The position numbers and the translations under genes were made by a program. A stretch of DNA of 64,000 nucleotides from positions 64,603 to 128,602 of the forward strand of contig JAHFNT010000004.1 of assembly GCA_023267195.1 (NCBI GenBank), read 5' to 3'. Source of the stretch: Candidatus Nomurabacteria bacterium (GTDB lineage: Bacteria > Patescibacteriota > Minisyncoccia > Phycocordibacterales > UBA9973). Under the pieces are notes generated by a model. It was not told the origin of the DNA. It searched no databases and saw only the letters and a list, made by a program, of their open reading frames with translations. This document shows positions 60,604-64,000 of this stretch, in pieces. Every line of letters starts with the position of its first letter. Position 1 is the stretch's first letter.

Positions 60604-61134
60604 TACTGTTTTCTTGCCTTGTTTACGTCTGATAACCTCAGTATCATAGCGCATTCCCTTACCTTTGTAAGGCTCTGGCTTCTTGAGCGCGCGAATGGCT
60701 GCAGTGAAATTACCCACCAACTCTTTATCAATACCCGAAATGGTTATGTTGTTTTTATCGGCCGTGGCAGTAATCCCTTCTGGAATTGGAACAACAACTG
60801 GATGAGAAAATCCAAGAGCAAAGTGAAATTGTTTCCCCTTAACTTCAGACTTGAATCCCACTCCTTCTAATATTAATTTCTTTTGGTAAGGTATTTCCAC
60901 CCCCTTTATCATGTTCTTTATATGTGAAGCATAGGTACCCCAAAGAGATTGAGAAAACTTATCATTTCTTTTTATATTTAAAGTAACGGCGGTAGCGCTG
61001 ACAGTAATAGCAACATCGTCTTTAAAAACCCTACTGAGAGTTCCCTTGGGCCCTGCTACCGTCACATTGTTGCCACCTTGTGTGACCTTTACTCCTGCTG
61101 GTATTAAAATTTCTTGTTTTCCAATTCTTGACAT
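60601..61134 (-). CDS. rplF: Ribosomal protein uL6
   Basis: MSRIGK, GPKGTL, PEPYKGKG. Confidence 0.98.
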   Translation of the reverse strand: MSRIGKQEILIPAGVKVTQGGNNVTVAGPKGTLSRVFKDDVAITVSATAVTLNIKRNDKFSQSLWGTYASHIKNMIKGVEIPYQKKLILEGVGFKSEVKGKQFHFALGFSHPVVVPIPEGITATADKNNITISGIDKELVGNFTAAIRALKKPEPYKGKGMRYDTEVIRRKQGKKTV

Positions 61135-61143
61135 ATATTTTAA

Positions 61144-61170
61144 TTATTTATAGTGAGCATAGTCGAACTA
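61144..61170 (-). repeat. Short REP-like repeat at rpsH stop, copy 2
   Basis: TAGTTCGACTATGCTCACTATAAATAA. Confidence 0.65.
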
Positions 61171-61554
61171 CCAAACTCTGAACAAAGCTTCCCCACCGAC
61201 TTGTTCTTTGCGAGCTTCTTTACCTGATAAAATTCCTTTGGGCGTTGAAAGCACCAATAAACCGGACCCATTACGAACTGAATGAATATCTTTCATGCCA
61301 AAATATACGCGGCGAGACTGTTTGGAAATTCTTTCTACTTCCGTAATTTTTGGTTTTTTATCTACATAAACTAATTTAACTTCGAGCAAAGGTTGTCCGA
61401 GTTTTATTTTCTTAGAAATATCAGAAACATAACCTGCTTTTTTCAAACACTCAGCAATAGCGTTTTTCATCTTTGAATAAGGAACAGAAACAGACTCCTT
61501 ACCTGCGAGGCTTCCGTTCTTCATCACTATTATCATGTTTGAAATTGAATCCAT
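61168..61554 (-). CDS. rpsH: Ribosomal protein uS8
   Basis: MDSISNM, ISKQSRRVY, LSTPKG, VGGE. Confidence 0.97.
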   Translation of the reverse strand: MDSISNMIIVMKNGSLAGKESVSVPYSKMKNAIAECLKKAGYVSDISKKIKLGQPLLEVKLVYVDKKPKITEVERISKQSRRVYFGMKDIHSVRNGSGLLVLSTPKGILSGKEARKEQVGGEALFRVW

Positions 61555-61570
61555 AATTTTATTTATATTC

Positions 61571-61756
61571 TTACCAGCTTGATTTACGAACACCCGGAAG
61601 CATTCCTTCATTAGCTAATTCTCGAAAACAGATACGGCAAATACCAAAGTCGCGCATGAAGGCATTCCCCCTGCCACAGCGAAAACATCGATTTTTAGCT
61701 CGTGTTGAAAATTTTGGTTTCTTCGCCGCTCGGGCTTTGACTGATGTTTTTGCCAT
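61571..61756 (-). CDS. rpsN: Ribosomal protein uS14, zinc-binding type
   Basis: RCFRCGR...CRICFRE. Confidence 0.97.
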   Translation of the reverse strand: MAKTSVKARAAKKPKFSTRAKNRCFRCGRGNAFMRDFGICRICFRELANEGMLPGVRKSSW

Positions 61757-61908
61757 AAAAATTTAATCGGGAGCGCTCTGTTAATATCTCACTTTTTTTC
61801 TTTAACCCTTTAAACTAAAGAATTAAAGGAGAAAAATGGATTAATCAAAGCTCTATTCCCTTGAAGACATACTAGCAAAAAAATGGAAAATAGTCAAATA
61901 AATTTAAC

Positions 61909-62742
61909 TTATCGAACACAACGAACATCCCAATTAGTAGCCTTATCTCTGCCGTACGTGTCGCCATCATAAAAATCGACATACCATGCCAGACTCTGGC
62001 CACCAGTGTCCTGGTAGGTAGTACTAGACCAGTAGATGTAATTTTGCGCATTAAATAAATTATTAATTGCTGGAGCTAATCTGTCATAATCAACTATGGA
62101 TGTAATCTCTCGAATATTTGGTAGACGCCAGTCTGTATATCCTCCGGTGGTGTCTGCTTCACAATCGGCCAAGGCCTGCGTCCAGTTTTCACGAGTCACG
62201 ACACCTGTGGCGCACGTTGCGCCAGTTAATCCTTGAGTGCATTTCTTCCACATTAAACCAGTAGCATTGTCTGTGATAGTGCCATCACTATTATCAGTAT
62301 AAGCCGGCGCAATGCCTTTCTGGTAATATCCATCTTGCCCACCCAAGGCAGTACCTCCATCTGTACAAGTAATGGTTGCACCAGTTGCGTCCCAACATCC
62401 TGTTTGATTTGTCTTCGGTAAACCCCCTGCAGAAGCACTCCCCGCTTTACCAAAAATAGAAGTACCAGTTAAGATCTTGGTTTCATCTATCGCAGCGATT
62501 TTAGTGGTCATTAGATCATAGATGTCTCCGAGAGAGTTCATGGTAGAGGAAACGGTAGCTGGTGTCGTAAAGTCAGTAGAAGGAGTGTTAGCTCCAGTAT
62601 TGATGAGTTGATAAAGATCAGAAAGAGATTTCATGGTTTTGGAGGGAGAACCAGGTGGAGTGAGGGTGCCGGCGTAGGATATGCCTATACCTACCAGAAC
62701 GGCAATCAATACAAAGGAGAAAATTAAAATTAGTTTTTTCAT
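61909..62742 (-). CDS. Secreted DUF1566 (Lcl-like) domain protein
   Basis: Signal peptide, DNSDGTITDNATGLMW, DWRLPNIRE, YWSSTT, VRCVR. Confidence 0.88.
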   Translation of the reverse strand: MKKLILIFSFVLIAVLVGIGISYAGTLTPPGSPSKTMKSLSDLYQLINTGANTPSTDFTTPATVSSTMNSLGDIYDLMTTKIAAIDETKILTGTSIFGKAGSASAGGLPKTNQTGCWDATGATITCTDGGTALGGQDGYYQKGIAPAYTDNSDGTITDNATGLMWKKCTQGLTGATCATGVVTRENWTQALADCEADTTGGYTDWRLPNIREITSIVDYDRLAPAINNLFNAQNYIYWSSTTYQDTGGQSLAWYVDFYDGDTYGRDKATNWDVRCVR

Positions 62743-62749
62743 ACAGTAA

Positions 62750-62780
62750 AGTATACCCCCCCCCCGAATCCTGTTAGCAA
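62750..62780 (-). promoter_or_regulatory. Promoter with G10 tract in the -35/-10 spacer
   Basis: TTGCTA-19 nt (includes G10)-TATACT, then 7 nt to ATG. Confidence 0.55.
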
Positions 62781-62801
62781 GAAAATTGGTGGGGATAACG
62801 T

Positions 62802-62830
62802 AAAAACACCCACTAGTCGAGGGTGTTTTT
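62802..62830 (-). terminator. Terminator after rplE
   Basis: aaaaacaccc/gggtgttttt. Confidence 0.7.
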
Positions 62831-62849
62831 AATTACATGTTAGCAAATT

Positions 62850-63416
62850 TTATTTTTTCTTCTTTTCTTCTTCTTTCTTAAAGGGAATTCCTAGAAGTTC
62901 GAAGAAAGCAGTGCCTTCTTTTTTATTTTTAGCAGTGGAAACGAGAGTGATAGATAAACCAAAAACATCGCGGATATCTTCATCGGCAGTTTCAGGGAAA
63001 ATGGTATGTTCTTTGATACCGATGGTAAGATTACCGATATTGTCTACCCCGCTTCTGTTTATACCACGAAAGTCTTTCGTTCGAGGAAGCGCGACATTGA
63101 TAAGCTTTTCGAGAAAAGCAAACATTCTTTTACCGCGAAGGGTCGCGACGACACCGACAGGATCTCCTTGGCGAATTTTGAAAGAAGAGATTGATTGCTT
63201 TGCACCTCGGAGGGCTGTCTTTTGACCGGTGATTTTCGCTAGACGATCAGCGACCGCTTCGTTTTTATTCTTATCTTTTTTGACCATCGTGCCAGTGCCG
63301 ACATTAATAACAACCTTTGCCATCTTTGGAGATGCCATGACGTTTTTATAATGAAAAAGTTCTTTCATTTTTCCAAAAACCTCTCCTTCTTTTTCTTTGA
63401 CAGTTAAATGTTTCAT
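62850..63416 (-). CDS. rplE: Ribosomal protein uL5
   Basis: KITGQK, FKIRQG, LPRTKDFRG. Confidence 0.98.
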   Translation of the reverse strand: MKHLTVKEKEGEVFGKMKELFHYKNVMASPKMAKVVINVGTGTMVKKDKNKNEAVADRLAKITGQKTALRGAKQSISSFKIRQGDPVGVVATLRGKRMFAFLEKLINVALPRTKDFRGINRSGVDNIGNLTIGIKEHTIFPETADEDIRDVFGLSITLVSTAKNKKEGTAFFELLGIPFKKEEEKKKK

Positions 63417-63420
63417 ATAT

Positions 63421-63639
63421 TTATTCGGCTTTCTTAACGTTTGAAGCGTGGATCGGCATCGCGATATTCATCATCGAACCCTTTTCTCCAGACTTTCTTG
63501 GACGCTGATGTTTCTTCATCATATTTAAACCTTCGACAATAACTTTATTTTCTTTGACAAGCACACGAACAACTTTGCCTTTTTTGCCTTTGTCTTTGCC
63601 TGTTATCAATATTACATTGTCGTTCTTTTTGATTTTCAT
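63421..63639 (-). CDS. rplX: Ribosomal protein uL24
   Basis: KOW motif ITGKDKGKKGKV, PIHASNV. Confidence 0.96.
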   Translation of the reverse strand: MKIKKNDNVILITGKDKGKKGKVVRVLVKENKVIVEGLNMMKKHQRPRKSGEKGSMMNIAMPIHASNVKKAE

Positions 63640-63655
63640 ATATTTACAAAAAAAA

Positions 63656-64000
63656 TTAAATGACTTCTTGTGCTAAAGAAATTATCTTCTGGAATCCTTT
63701 TTCTGCGAGCTCTCTCGGTATCGGTCCGAAAATACGTCCCGCTTTAGGATCTAATTTTCCTTTTTCCAAAATAACCACTGCGTTATCATCAAAACGAATA
63801 TAAGAGCCGTCTTTTCGACGATAAGCGCCACGAGTTCGGACGACGACAGCTTGGTGCACATCTTTCTTTTTGACTGCTTTACGAGGAGTAGCGACTTTGA
63901 CAGAGATCACTACGATTTCACCCAAGGTGGCATACCTCTTTTTGGAAGAGCCTAAAATCTTGAACACCTTTCCTACGGTGCCTCCGGCGTTGTCTGTTAT
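63656..64000 (-). CDS. rplN: Ribosomal protein uL14 (5' end beyond window)
   Basis: DGSYIRFDDNAVV, RIFGPIPREL. Confidence 0.97.
   Translation of the reverse strand: MTDNAGGTVGKVFKILGSSKKRYATLGEIVVISVKVATPRKAVKKKDVHQAVVVRTRGAYRRKDGSYIRFDDNAVVILEKGKLDPKAGRIFGPIPRELAEKGFQKIISLAQEVI

Noticed and set aside
61909-62742. DGR target gene
   Set aside because: The C-terminus is of a type DGRs can target, but no template repeat or reverse transcriptase is in the window.

Overview
Window from an AT-rich, small-genome bacterium, most likely Patescibacteria/CPR (Parcubacteria-like): rpmD is missing from the spc operon, pyrH and cmk are archaeal-type, and there is a type IV pilus cluster and a giant surface-protein gene. 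From left to right it holds a frameshifted giant repetitive surface-protein gene preceded by a Com-zinc-finger/PAS fusion gene, tRNA-Ser(GGA), ligA, a type IV pilus/competence cluster and tRNA-Ser(ACT). Next is a ~12.8 kb integrative element in tRNA-Ser(GCT) carrying an integrase, RepA-like helicase, C4/CI-like RNA switch, ArdC-like gene, type IIS R-M system and OLD nuclease. The rest contains recG, a B12 module (ECF S-component, nrdJ, pduO), tRNA-Ile(TAT) overlapping ftsH, smpB/tmRNA, infC-rpmI-rplT, a candidate 6S-like RNA, nucleotide kinases and part of the spc operon. The best candidate for an undescribed system is a sensor-coupled, Mu-Com-like translational switch: tandem GARGCYC heptamers in two mRNA leaders base-pair with and hide the AUG of both the regulator and the giant surface protein. 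All calls are from reading the sequence; no searches or folding programs were run.
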